Shown piece after piece: positions 35,831-49,733 of a stretch of 64,000 nucleotides of DNA. The notes under the pieces are model-generated. The model saw only the letters and a program-made list of their open reading frames with translations, was not told where the DNA came from and did not search any database. Within the stretch, counting starts at the first letter, position 1. Every line of letters starts with the position of its first letter. The position numbers were made by a program, and so were the translations under genes. This DNA is from Callorhinchus milii (taxonomy: Eukaryota): positions 127,598,001-127,662,000 of the forward strand of contig NW_024704742.1 in assembly GCF_018977255.1 (NCBI RefSeq), written 5' to 3'.

Positions 35831-38800
35831 ATTGCTATTGTAGACCCAGTTTGAGTGGCAATTTGAGGTTAAGGTGGCCACATACTAACAACCCTCATTG
35901 CAAAACATTTTGCTCTAGTTTGGCTTATTTTTCTTCTGGCCTCTATTATAAACCTATAATTCTTCTATTTGCAGGTATATGTTTTTCAAGCTTCTTAAGG
36001 AATTTTCTGAGTAAATGATTCTGGAAAGAGGAAGCGGATAAACCAATGTCCTGAACAGTTTGCACCCTTGAGAACTACAGTGGTATGTGATTCGAATATT
36101 AACATTTGCTTCACCAAGCTGAATCGTACAGCTTTTATGTCATTGAAAGTTTCCTCATATAAAATGCATTGAACTACACTCAGATGCGATGAAGGTGTTA
36201 TATCTGCTGATAAGATCTTATCTTCTATAAAACATCAAACTTATAAAAATATGGTACCCTATTGCCCTAAATTCAACCGCTAACCTCTGTCTCAAACCCT
36301 CTTTATCTATCTTTAAATCTCTTCAACTGTACCAATGGTCATCTCCCCCTTTTCCCTTGCCTGGTGTCCAACACTGCCACTATGTAATGCTTCGGGATGT
36401 TATCCTGCCTGAAGCACACTATCTAAATATGAGTTGTTAAATTGTTGTTAAATTCAACATGGTCTTAGCCTTAAACCCATTGTCTTGAAGCTTAAGATTG
36501 TGCAGAATTTTAGAAAAAGTTTAAATTCAGTCTTAACTTGAAAGTTGTTTTTTCTAATGGTCTTAAAAGAATTGCCCAAATTCTTAAACATTAAAACAAT
36601 GGTCTAAGAAAAAATCATCTGCAATTTCAGGCCTCTAATATCCATTATTGGAATCATGAGGGTTGGGTGACTAAATGTACAGTGTATTTTCAGGTTATTG
36701 CTCAGTGAGGAACCAGCTACAAGTTAATAGGTTTCTCGGTTTATTCCTTTGATGTGACTCACAGTTCCTTTTTATACACTAGATTAGATTTGTTTTTTGT
36801 CTGAAATGAATCTCCATTTCTGTGGAAGATGCCTTTAACTTTACTCATTTTAGTTTCATGCTTGGTTTGTTTGCTGAAAATGAAACAATGTAATCTAAAT
36901 ATTTGGTTTTGTTTTGTTCTTTGCCCTAGCTTTAAAATTGGTTTGAAATTCAACACCTCAATGCAATGATAAAATATTTTATGAATAGGAATGGTGCTAT
37001 CAACAGAAACTAATCCGATGTACAGCCACTTGCATAATATCAGCTACTGGTCTCTGAATATTGGGATGTATTAAAATGGCTATTTTCTTCAACTCTTCAT
37101 GGTTTAAGGAGGCAAGTATACTGTTGACGTCATTTTGAGGGCAAGGATTCTTCCCATTTAGCTCCTGTTAACCCTGCAAGTCAAAGCCCTTATGGTATAG
37201 GGTGGTCCTTGCTGAATAAGCAGTAGAAAGCTTGCCAGACAGTGCTTTCAATGGTTGAACTCCAGCAGTAAGAATGTCGGTGGACCTGGGCCATGACTAG
37301 GAGGAGAAAAAGTAGATTTGGATGTCATCCATAACATGGAGGGAGAGAGTGTGCATTTTATTCCAGACACAGGGAAATTTCTATGTATCTGTGGCATACA
37401 TACATTGAACTGTCAGTCTGGTTTGGGTAGTTTTAAACATGGAAGTGGGTTTCCACATGTATCAGATCTGACCCCAAAAACTCAGGAACAGCCTCACTTC
37501 CAATATGTAGTTCATGTTCACCATATTGGGTGCCAGGAACATTTGAGCTGGAAGAGGATGCTTATTTGCTGGTGTGGTAACTGACTGCTCTGTGGTTTTT
37601 TTCTTGAAGATAAACTTTAAACAAACAGGAGATCATTACAGCACTATGTATTTCTGTGCACACACACCTATATAAGGACAGTTAAATCGCTCTGCACTAC
37701 CCCAAGTACCATTCTGGTCACGGATGTTAAAGGCAATGAATCAATATGTTTGACAATAGGATTTACGCCCACTTCTTTTCCAAAAGTGGTAAACTCCCAT
37801 TTTTCCATTCTGCTGGAACACACAGTATTATTTTCCTAAATTCCAGTCGATAGTGGAAGCAACTAAACGTTTTATGGCCAGCTGCTTTTAATAAATCCAC
37901 TGAGATTTCACAAATTCTGGGAACGTTCCCAGGTATAGAGAGCCAGTCTGGGGGCTTGTCCAAGGTTTAGAGATGATATAAGTGCCTATTTCTTTCTTTT
38001 TACTTTCTCATGTTCCTTTTTAAAAAGAAAAAAAAAGTAGATCCCCTTCCCATCCAGTCCCTCGGCCTCTGTTCTGTTACGGCTCAGCCTGAGCTCACAG
38101 ATTTCATCCTAGCCTCCACCCAAAAAGGACATTCTTTGTTCTTTGGGATAGTTTACCCTCATAATTATTCTCCTCTCCCTAATTCCCCCTCCCCCAGATA
38201 CAGCTCTATTCATGCTGCAGCTAAGTATTCACACTCAACCATGGGAGACTCCTGAACTTGATTAGCAGTCAAGTTCAGCATTAATATTCTGCTGATGCCC
38301 AGTAAGGGAGTCAAGTAGGCCACTGGTTAACTGCTGGCTAACCTCCAACAGTTTTCTGTGAGTAAATCTTTGAATATGAGTTTGGGGAGGAATGGAATGT
38401 AGAGGTTTTTGCAAGAATTTGTTCCACTATTTAAGTTGATCTGGCAACACTGTAAGCTATTCACCACTAGCAGATGTTTAGGTGCAATTTTTTTTTGTTT
38501 TGTTTTATGCTCTTTTACATTTTTTTTCATTAGTTCGAGCACAGTCTTTGCACTGTTTCTCGCAGCTGCTTTTTCAACATCTGTTTCTTTAATTATCCCA
38601 GTTTGTCTTATTCCTTTGCGCAAGCACATTTGGTCGTGTTTTGAGAATTACCCCATTGTGTGCCGAAACAACTACAATTAAATTGTAATAAAGCAGAAAA
38701 GGCATCGATACAAAAAGTTTTTTTTTAAAAAAGTGCATTCTGGCTGGACTTTCAATCATATCATTATTTCAGACTTCTAGAAATGATTTAATTCTGCCTC

Positions 38801-39409
38801 CCAGCACCCTCTTTTTCACCCCATGGGTCTTAAACACAGGAGGTCCAGGAGCCGGGCACTTACCCAGGTACTGGAGGTGCACTTTCAACAGAATAAAGCT
38901 TGAAATGCCAATTGTTCTCCCTTCAAGAAGGAATGTTCCTTCATTGCAAAACAGAAAAGACTGTGAAGTGCTTAAGCATAACAGTCTGTCTTGGAATTGG
39001 CTGAAGCATATCCCAAACTGTGAGATGCAAGTTTAGTAATGCAATCTGGGGGGTTATTTTCCTTATTGATTTTGAATAGAGGAGCATTCACTCACGAAGT
39101 CCAACCAATATGAGTACGCTTGTTGTCACTGCAAGCTTTCTACTTCCCAAACAATATCCAGTTGTTAGAATATGGGCAGTTTTACCCATGGTTTAAGGCA
39201 TGTGGAGTGAAAATGAGGGCATTGGGGGGCAAAATTTAATCATTTCAAGAAGTCTGAATAATGATAAATTTAAAGTCTGGCCAACATGCCTTGACTGTGT
39301 TGGTGGTCACCTCTCCCAGCTCAGCAACAGCTCTGCCACTGTTAAACACTCTGAGACACTGCCTCGCGTGAAGGCCGCTATATAAATGCTAGTTGTTCAC
39401 ATCGGGAGA

Positions 39410-39792
39410 AATTCTCAAAGTGCTTCACAGGATTTAAACGTAGTGACTGTGTATTTTGTAGGCGAATGAAGCAGCCAATTTACGCACTGTAATGACCCAC
39501 AACAGCCATGAAGTAATTGACCAATTTTATCTGGCAAACTGATGGTCAGGACATTAGGAGAAGCTCCTTTCTTTTTATAAATAGTGCCATGGAATTCACA
39601 TCCACCTGAACAGGCAGACAGGGCTCAGTTTAGCATCTCATTCAAATGATGGCACCTCCCATAAAGCAACGCATCCCCAGCACTACATTGAAGTCTCAGT
39701 CTGGATTATGTGAGTTCAAAGTGCGGACACGTAGTGTGAGCCCATAATTTTCTAACTCAGAGGTGAGAGTGCTGCCAACTGAGCTAGACCGA
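39410..39792 (-). mobile_element. SINE family B
   Basis: Reverse complement of family B, ending ...gagagtgctgccaactgagctagacc. Confidence 0.85.
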
Positions 39793-40964
39793 CACATGGT
39801 TCCTAAAAAGAACTTGATTCCAAATAAAGACATGTCCACAAATCTTACATCAATTTTACACGAGGTGGGATTTTGACTTTTAGTTGGTAGGTCAAAGGAA
39901 ACAAGCATGAGAAATAAGGCTTTCTGCCCCCCATGCCTCTCCTCCACCCCCCCCCCCTAGAGAAAAGCTGTCCTTCAATTGCAAATGCATTTCTCTGTTT
40001 TCTAAATGAAATATTTCACTTAAATTCCTCTTGGTGAATTCAAAGTAAAATGAGAAACAGATTCCATTTCAAAGCAAATCATGTTCTGACAAGATGGCCT
40101 GCCATGCAAAACTGATACATATGGAGAATCTTTTTGTCTGTGTCATACGTTTTTACATGGATTACAACTCTCATCTTTGACTTCCTTACACTTTTATCTG
40201 TCAGATTTTCTGCTTATCTTGATTAATATCATGCTGTATAAATAATATAGACAGTGCAACAAACTCTAAGGTTTCTGCTTTCCATTAATCATGTCTTCTG
40301 TGCCTTAAAGGATGACAGAATAAAGGCGACGAATGCCCAACATACCAAGCACCCTGGGGGAAAGATAATGTTGGAAAGCTTAAAGGTGGAGGAGGGCTTT
40401 GATATAAGAGTGTTTTATTTATTCAGATATTTATCTGTATAGATATTTGCAGAAAAATGGCAAAAAAAATTACACTGATGATATCATAATCAATTTAAAA
40501 ATAGTTAATACAAACAAACTAAAACCTTAAACAGTCCACCTTCTAGTTTGAATTTCAAAATTGACTGTCCAGTCTCCATCTTTTCAATAGAGTAACCTGT
40601 TATAAAATGCTATTTTGGGACCATAATATTAGACAGTGTGTTATAATGGGAAAAAAATCATGGGTCATCAAGGTCACCACTGACATCATTTCCAGCTTCT
40701 GGTGTGAACTGGTGATCCTGTGTGTATGTGCATAGTGCGCAGGAAATGGCTAGTTATTCGTGACTGCTCTTGCAAGTATTTCTAGCAAGACTTCTTATAA
40801 CACCTTCACCTTGTATTCATGCCATCTAAACATTGCAGAGCATGCCACACTGGGTACGATAGCTGTAGGTACAGCTTCATCTGTTTTGAATAAAATCTGC
40901 ACTAACATTTCTAACTGTTTGTTTCTTGAACGGTGGTGTTACAGTGCTGTACTAAAATATGCCA

Positions 40965-41400
40965 GATTAGTTCAGTTGATAACACTCTTATCTCCGAGTC
41001 AGAAAGTGTTGGGTTCAAGCCCCAAGTTGGGACTTTGAACTCATATAGTCTAAGCTGACACTCTGATGAGTGCTGGGGTGTGCTGCATTGTTGGAGGTAA
41101 CGTTGTTCAAATGAAACGTTAAACCAAGGCACCATCTGCCTGTTGAGGTGGATGTTAAAGATCCCATGGATTCAGAAAGATAAAGGAGTTTCTCTTCCAG
41201 TGTCCGAGCCAACAATCCCCCAGATAAAATTGCTCATTCACTTCATGGCTGTTTGTGGTACATTGCTGCGTCCAAATTGGCTGCTGTATTCAGTCACAAA
41301 ATACAGTCAATGTACATTACAGTAAATCCTGTGAAGCGCTTTGAATGTCCTCCAGATGTGAAATGCCCTATACCAAATGTAAGGATTATGAGTAATAATA
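40965..41400 (+). mobile_element. SINE family B (tRNA head, Deu-like domain, L2-type tail; resembles shark DeuSINEs such as SacSINE1)
   Basis: ttcagttgataacactc...gagtcagaa..gggttcaagccc...ctgacactc...gttaaaccaaggc..tctgcctgtt.aggtggatgttaaagatcccatgg...ggctgtttgtgg...tail. Confidence 0.88.
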
Positions 41401-43834
41401 TTATTAAAAGGTACAGGAAAACAGCAGGGCAATGGAATTGGAGTAGGTGGCTCCAATGGAGGAGCTAGCACCAGCGTAAGAGTGCAATGGGCTGAATGGC
41501 CTCCTGTGCTGTGAACTTTTTATGCTGCCTACTGGGTTCGTTCACAGTGTGAAAAAAAAGCATTGAAAACCTGAACCCCATTAAGGAGGTGAAAATTGTA
41601 ACCTGTAATGTATTGATTAACACTGGTAAGAATTAACATGGGTGTTAATTATTACGTCATTGAAGAATGCAACACATTTAAAACTATTGATTGTGTTATA
41701 TCCCCTCCCTGATTCTGTCACAATAGTTTGGTTTGAAGCTTTCTCAAGCCTCCATTGTGCCCACAGATTGTAACACGGAAGTTCTAGCAAGCAGCCCATC
41801 ATCTTAACTCAACATACTTTTCAGACAGTGCTATCAATAACAAGCTACGCGGTCTTAGCTGGTTAAACTCCAGCAGTTATCCCAACACACACTCTGGGGT
41901 TCCCAAGTCTTGGCTCTTGCCAACCTGTGCCTAATACTTTCCGAATTTTGGTAAGTAGGATGTGTCCCTCCAGGAAGAGAGTGCGCATTCCAATGAACTC
42001 CTCTGGAATTTCCACATGTAGGTGGGATGCATGGAATTCTCAGTTTGATTTGGATACTCTTAAGCATGGTGATGGGTTTCCGCTTGTGTCAGACACCCGG
42101 TTGACAAAAAAAACTCAACAAATCAGAGTAACCTCACTATCCTTTGAGTGCTAGAGACTCCTGTAGCAGTTGGAATAACAAATTTAGCTTCTGTCTCCTT
42201 ATTGTATTCCTTGCACTTGATATAGTACCTTATTACATCATTGAATTGTCACAAAACAATTTACAGGATTTACTGTAAAGTTTAGGGAATGTGTATTTAT
42301 AGGTAAAGGAGGCAGCCAATTTGCACAACAACAGCCATGAAATGAATGGCCAATTTTACCTGGGGGGTTGTTGGCCAGGGTTATTGAGCCAGAGCTTCAA
42401 CATACAATACAATACACTACAAATTTACATTTATATAGCACCTTTCATGTCGGGAAGGCATCCTAAAAGCATTTAATAGTATTGGCTGGGCACCGAACAG
42501 GGGGTGGAAGCCAAGGGGCTGGGGGAAGGGGCTATTATGGATTATCAAGCATTCAACTGGGTCTAATTATTAATATAAATATTTTCCTTAATGAAGGCTT
42601 AAGATCCCTTTCTATGAGTGACCAAATCTGAACGTATAGATATTATGTGTCCCATTCTCCCCACATTGTTAACACTGTGTATAAGCTACAATTCCAGTAA
42701 ACCACCCTTTCATGAGCTTGTTATGCCTTTTGCAGTAGTGTACTTTCAACTCGGCAAACCCTAGTTTTATATTTATGAACATTGGGGGAGAGCTTTTGCC
42801 AAAACTGATTCCACACATCCTACTCTTTAGCTGTGCCAATCTCGCTGCTCCACGCTTGTCTCCCAAAAGTGATTTTAATCATGATTTTGATTCATAAGTG
42901 AAGTCATGCAGCTACTTAATGGTACAAGTAACAACAAAGGCATTGTATATTTCATCCTAAAGCATTCGTATCTCCTTTTCATCAAGTTTCTAATGCAGTA
43001 TTAATGGAAAGCATTGTTAATGTTCACTTTAGATTTATTGACAATGAAATACTAATATTTGAAGAGGAACTACAGTGTGAGTGATCAAAGCTGAAAATTT
43101 TCCTTAATAAATAGATGGTTTATTTAGATTAAGATACAGTACTTTTAGTTTTTGACAGGGTTGCAGTTACATTTTGTTCACAAATAAGTCATTTTGTAAA
43201 TCATCTGACTTGAGTGGATTTCACTACCGTGCACCCAGTTTATAATAATAATTCTAGTGGGATTGATTTGGAAGCTCTTTTCAAAGAAACGGCACAGACA
43301 CGATGGGCTGAATGGCCTCCTTCTGAGCTGTATAATTCTATGATTCTACCCTAAATATTATAACGCCATTGACTGAGGTTCAGCCGTAGTGAAGCCAACC
43401 CTTAACGTGATCGCTAGCCTTTGTCTGGACGTTTCTGCGGCTTGGGATTTGCTTGTTGGAAATACATGTTGGAAATATCGCGAATAAAACTACAAGTATC
43501 AACAAATTTGTTTTTTAAACATTGAACATGAGACGTCATTGTGTAGTTGAAGACCTCAGTTCTGTAATATTGGCACAACAAAGTGCACACAGTACCAGTC
43601 ACACCCGATGGAGGAATGGGGTCACCTCCTTCAACTTCCACCTCAAGCTCGGATGCCCAGCCAGCAGTGATAAGCGGTTGAAAGGTTCTCTCCACATGAA
43701 AGGTGCTATATAAATGCAAATTGTATTGTGTTCACTTCCAGTTTCGAAAGTCAATAACCACAATTTTAGAGCATGCTCCCACGCCATCAAAGATTCATCC
43801 TTTAAGCTTCCCTGTGCCTCATTTGGGAGAGCGC

Positions 43835-44660
43835 TAATCCAGGACTTGATGTCTGTGAGGACAGCAGTGGTCCTGGAATCGAGGGTGGATGTAGAGAGGA
43901 AGAGTTGGGTGTCATCCGCATACATGTGTAAGTTGACCCCATGTCTGTGGATGATGTCACCAATGGGGAGCATATATATATTGAAAAGGAGAGGGTCAAG
44001 GATGGAGCCCTGAAGGACACCACATGTGATGGTGCAGGAGCTGGAGGAGAAGCTATTAGTGGCGACAAAATATAGACGGTGGGAGAGGTAGGATTCAAAC
44101 CAGGCAAGGGCAGTTCCGCAAAGATTGAGCTGAGAGGAGAGGTGGTGTAGGAGGATAGAGTGGTTGACAATGTCGAAGGCAGCAGAGAGGTCGAGGAGGA
44201 TAAGGAGGCAGAGAGAGCCCTGGTTACAGATGTTCAAAATGTCGTTAGTGACTTTGACCGGAGCTGTTTCTGTTCTGTGGACAGCATGGAAACCCGATTG
44301 GAGGGGTTCAGAGAGGGAATGGCGGGAGAGGAAGAGCAAAGCTGGGACACGACAATTTGTTCCAAGGCCTTGTAGAGGACTGGGAGGTTGGAATTTTAGG
44401 CGATAGCTGGAGAGTAGGGACGGGTCCAGGGAAGGTTTCTTGAGGGTGGGGGTGATGACAGCTGTTTTTAGGGAGCTGGAACGAGTGCCGGTGGATAAGC
44501 AGAGGTTGATAATGTCGGTTAAAAGAGAGACCAGGAGGTAGAGTTGGGAAGTGAGGAGAGGGATGGGGATGGTGTCGCAGGAGCAGGTGGTGGGTTTCAT
44601 TTTTGAAATGGTGGAGGTGAGAGAAGAAGGGGAGACAGGGCCGAAGGTGGAAAGGGAAGG
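43835..44660 (-). mobile_element. L2 LINE reverse transcriptase fragment
   Basis: Within ORF 43599-44762: LQSGF...TETA...LLDLSAAFD...[17 protein letters not shown]...YADDTQL...DIKSW. Confidence 0.95.
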
Positions 44661-44725
44661 ATGGTGCTCTGAGACCCTACCCTGCGTGGAGGGCACTATA
44701 TTAGTGGAAGTTGTTGTTGTTGTTG
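44661..44725 (+). mobile_element. L2 3' tail fragment
   Basis: gctctgagacc...gtggagggcactatat...agttgttgttgttgttg, the same tail as other L2 copies. Confidence 0.8.
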
Positions 44726-44837
44726 AAAAGAAAAGAGAATTTCTCTCATTGACCCAGGCCAATAGTCACTTAAATGAAATTAGATTTTTATTTGGGTCAT
44801 TATTTTTATTTATATATTTTATTTGAAATAAAATTTT

Positions 44838-45360
44838 ATCCAAGCTCGACTACACTAACTCCCTACTTGTCAGTCTTCCCAATTCTTCCCTCCACAAGCT
44901 GCAGATCATTCAGAACTATGGGGCTCATGTCCTCTCCCCCACCAGGCTCCGTGACCCCATCAGCCCACCCTCGCCCGGCTCCAGAGGCTCCCCTTCCCCC
45001 TGAGGATGAGTTTAAAATCCTCATCCTCACCTTCAAGGCCCTCCACAGCCTTGCCCTACCTCTGTGATCTGCTAACCCCATATCAATCTGTCGCTCCCTC
45101 CGCTCAGCGGGTTCCGCCCTACCATCGGCGGTCGAGCCTTCAGACTTTCTGCTCCCACCCTTTGGAACTCCATCGCACATCCGTCTCAAAACCATCCTCT
45201 TCGGCCGTGCCTTCAGTCACCTTCCTACCCCCACCCCCCTTGCCCTCCACGCATCCTGATCCCAACCCCCAGCTCGGGTCCAAATCCCTGACTGTCCAGC
45301 ACCTTGGGACCTCCCCCCGATATGAATGGCGCTATATAAATGTAATTTGTTGTCGTTGTC
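44838..45360 (+). mobile_element. L2 LINE 3' fragment
   Basis: Remnants SRLDY, KLQIIQN and EFKILILTFKALHSLA, ending in ggcgctatataaatgtaatttgttgt. Confidence 0.9.
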
Positions 45361-48300
45361 ATCCACTTCATAACTGTTTGTAGGACAGCAATTGTAATAA
45401 ATTACATATTCTTTTTCATATCATAATAATTATCCTTGCAATTGATATAGCACCTTATCACATTTTCAATGTTTCAAAGTGCTTCTCAGAATTTACTGTA
45501 GTCACTGTGTTTTGAAATAATAATAATCCTTACATTTGATATAAATCTAAACATATAAATATGTTTATATTATACATATACACAGGATAGTCTGCAAAGT
45601 GTAGTGACTGTACATTTTTAAGGCAAACACGGTAGCCAATCTGTACAGAATATGTTTATTCAATTGACATTTTAATTAATTTCTTTGTCAATACCATTGT
45701 TGGAACAAATTAGAAAATGTTAACACTTGTAACGCAATATATAAGCGCCTTACACTATTGTTTAAAGGGGTTAATAAAAAGTGATCTGTTGTTCAGAAGA
45801 TAATGCATAACAATTGAAACTGGTAATTTTGAGGAACGATGACAATTAGCCAACAAAAATAGCTTGTTATTAATGGTTAGACAAAATGCGTTTTCTGCAC
45901 AGAGAGGTATTGTATTAATATAGATATTTACCTTGGGGACTTTGTGTATGAAGATTGCTGCAATTAGTGGTTTGTGAGCAACATTTTATATTATTCAGAC
46001 AGGATTTGACTCAGATTTCTGCCAAACCTTTCCCCATTTCAACATCACTGTGAAGGAGTATACTAATAGTCAAGGTCAATTTATTTAAGAAAAATGGAGT
46101 TTCACAGCTCGTGTCCATCATTCCTGTTGCTGGCAATTATGTTGAACCTGGCAGTGTGCCCAGAATCCTACATTTACTCTAACCTGCTGATCAGTACCCG
46201 CATCGCAAAGCCAGAGGCTTGAGTATATCTGTTGGTGCAGGGCCCAGTAAATGACACGCAGAAAGGTCAAAATATTACAGAGAAATGGATTTGCTCTGCA
46301 ACTTTAACTGACAATGTGCACGTCCTAAAATGTACTGTAGACCTCAATGCAAATCATATTTCATTCCGCTTGCTGCTTGATTGGCACCCAGCAAGGGAGG
46401 TGAAAGCAGTCCATTCACTCAACAAAGGAAACTTCAAGTCAAAGAAGCCCCTCGGGGACATGTTAAATTTATAGATAAATAAAAAAAGCAGGGATCAAAT
46501 GAGGCAACATCAGCAGTTCTGCCACTCCAGGATGGACAGAGACCATCCTGTCTGCACGAACTTGGCTAGCATTTCAGCAGAACGGTTCACAGCTGTGGTG
46601 CAGGGCTCCAATAACACCATTTGTTTTCCACAGAAAAATAAATGGATTATAGAAGAAGGGGCCATTAGCAGACATTTAGTCTGGACTTGAAGCACAGATG
46701 GTTTGAAAAAAACGAGCCAAATTCATCTCAAGCCTATCTCTATCCACTCTTTGTTCTGGCAAAAAAACTTGATTAAGAGGTCAAGTAAAGGCCGTTGCAA
46801 CTTTGCACATGACTTACGACAAAGTCTACTCTGTACAAAGTAAGTCTGTCTATGCAGTGTAAATAGAAAACAAGTTATTCATTTCGGAATGCCCTCAATC
46901 AGGGCCTAAAAGCTTTACTATCTGTCTAAGTATAATACTCGTGACAGATATTTACACAGAAAACGGAGTGAAGGAAAACAGACCCGTAGCGGTACAAAGA
47001 GAAAGCAGGTGAAATTTTAACCTTTAAAAATAAAGGATTATAATTTCTTCAGCTCTGGCAGTGTTTTGCGATGTGCTTTCAGTGCAGCTGTGTGTGGCCA
47101 GTGAGAGAGTGAGAGAGAGCTACTGCTGAAGTGGAAGGTAAAGGATAGTGACCCTAATGACACTAACTGTACTCTAGTATATACTGCAATTCTTCCCTGG
47201 AAACAAATTAATTCTGAGCCTTACTGCGTTTTTTTATATATTTTTTTGAAAATAGTGGTGGTGGCACAGTAGATTTCTCGACAAGTTTACATGCGAGACT
47301 TTACAAAAATATAAAGCATCCATTGAACACATGCCATTCACTACTGCAGCTGCTAACGGACTTACTGGCCACCTTGTGCTGTTTGAATAAGACATGCTCT
47401 AAGACAAACAAGCCAGTGCAAGAAGAGTGACAAACACACATTAACATTAACCTTTCTGTCCCTTTCAATGTTGTTATCACTTGCAGGATCATGATCCAGT
47501 ATTTCCGCAGTGTGCTTCTCACAAGGGGTATCTCTTGGATAATCCATCTATTTTGGTCCATTGCCAATACTTTTAGCTCATCTGGCATCAGGTTGCTGCT
47601 CTTCGATTGTTATTGTTCTCCACAGTCTTGTGCATCATTTATCTTCCAACCCCTTTACACCACATGCCGAGGGTAACAAAATTTAGAATCAGGTGTACTC
47701 ATCACCAGTGAAAGTGTTGACCTTATCGTACCATAGAAACATGGCCGTCAGTGACAGATGGGCAAAGAACAGAGGTGTTTTGAGTGTTCTATGTGTGACA
47801 GATATCAATACAGCAAACTGTTGGAGCAGATGGTAGAGTATTGTTGGTGTGATATGACAGCTGTAAAATAAGGATAGGAGAGGAGATGGCAGGAGCATTG
47901 CAGGTAGAAAGTAGCATTGAAAGGAAAACTGAGCAGTAATTGTGAAGTGTTAGTTCAAGGTGACCATGCAGGCATAAAAGTGTTCATCCTCGTAAGAGAG
48001 GCTGCAGCAGATTGTAATGTAAGAATCGTGTGGGATTTCACCATCCCGGAGGCAGACAAAAAGCGATCCAAAGGGAGGAGTGAAAATACAAACACGTCAT
48101 AGAGGTAATCAGTAACTGCTTGACACAACATATAAAGCAGGCCAAAAACAACATAGATGTGCAAAAGTTTAGGAGAACAAGCTTTGGGCTATGAAAAGAG
48201 AAGTGTGGACATGGAAAGGAAGTATGGGGTAATATTCCACTTGGCAGTAATTTTCACGCTGACTCATGTTGTGTTTCTATTGCTGGAAGCAAAGGCACTT

Positions 48301-48914
48301 CACAAACAGCAGTTGAATCACGTGTGTCGGAAAGCCTGACAAGTTCCCACCTCCTGTTTGTGTTTTGATTCTGTACGTGACATTGATCTGATCACACTTC
48401 CAGAAGCGCCGCACACCCCCAGCACTGCATTGTAGTATCAACCTAACTATGGGAGGTCAAGGGCCTTGAACACACAACTTTCTGTTTCAATGGCAAAAAT
48501 GCTACCAACTAAGTCAGACTGACCAAAGTATCTAGCATAGCAGTTGAGGAAGGAGCCCCACCCCCTACCCACACCACCCCCTCCCAACACCCACCCCCAA
48601 CACCCTCCCCCGCTCCGGATTAAAAAAGAAAAGACACAAAGCAAAAACAGACAGAAGAGGATGGCAGGAGAGAAGGAAAACACCAAGGGGGAAGAATACA
48701 TGGAGATGGAGGAGTAAGAGCTGAAGGCTCAGCAAAAGGGAAGAAAGAGTAAAAGTGGCTTCTTGTTCCAGTGAGGTTTAGTGCTCAGTCCGTCCTGTCC
48801 GCCCAGGTACTCAATGCTATTTTACAATAAATGTTAATAATCCTAACATTTGATATAGCGCCTTGTCACATTGTTGCGACGTCTCAAAGGATGTTACAGT
48901 GAAGCGTAGTGACT

Positions 48915-49733
48915 CAGGCGCTGGCAGTATCAGCCTCCATGGCTGCACACTCACCCTCACTAAGCCAGTCAGGAACCTGGATATCTTGTTTGACTTTGAA
49001 CTGTCCTTTCTCCCCCACATCCACGCCATGACCTGCACTGCCTATCACCACCTCCGCAACATTGCCAGACACCGCCACTACCTCACCCCTCAGGCTGCCG
49101 AAACCCTCACCCACGCATTTGTCACCTCAAGGCTCGATTACGGGAACTCCTTCCTCATCGACCTTCTCAACTCTTCCCTTCACAAGCTGCAGATCATTCA
49201 AAACTCTGCAACTCGTGTACTCTCACGCACCAGGCTCCGTGACCCCATCACTCCCACCCTCTCATCACTCGCCTGACTCCACTGTCTCCCCATCCCCCAG
49301 AGGATCGAGTTCAAGATTCTCGTCCTCACCTTTAAGGCCATCCACTGCCTTGCCCTCTCCTACCTTTCTGACCTGCTGACTCCCTACCAAACTGCCCACT
49401 CTCTCCGCTCATCGGGCTCCGGCCTGCTCCATGTCTCCCACCCGACCCGCCCTACCATCGGTAGCCGGGCTTTCAGCCTCTCTGCCCCCACACTTTGGAA
49501 CTCCATCCCACGGTCCCTTCACCTCACTTCCTCCCTTGTATCCTTCAAGGCCGGTCTCAAGACTCTTCTCTTCGACTGTGCCTTTGGTCTCCCTCCCACC
49601 TCTCTGCCTTCCCTCACCCCTACACCACCCCTCCCCCATGCTCGGACCCTGACAGCTGACTGTTCAGCGCTTTGGGATGTCCTCCCGACGTGAAAGGTGC
49701 TCTACAAATGTAATTTTGTTGTTGTTGTTGTTG
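48915..49733 (+). mobile_element. L2 LINE, 5'-truncated
   Basis: ORF 48863-49276 reads VRNLDILFD.ELSF..HI...HAFVTSRLDYGNS...KLQIIQNSA. The 3' tail ends in (TTG)n. Confidence 0.95.

Noticed and set aside
43599..44762. 387-aa ORF as a functional RT gene
   Set aside because: It is a chimeric read-through of flank, an antisense L2 tail, a truncated L2 RT with a shifted segment, and unrelated flank.
47050..47110. miR-34/449-like TGGCAGTGT
   Set aside because: Only the seed region matches. The rest differs and no good hairpin is evident.
47689..48164. GPCR-like words (LPLDRFL; HRTLKTPLFFAHLSL) on the minus strand
   Set aside because: The TM3-like word precedes the TM2-like word, stops intervene, and no other GPCR motifs are present.
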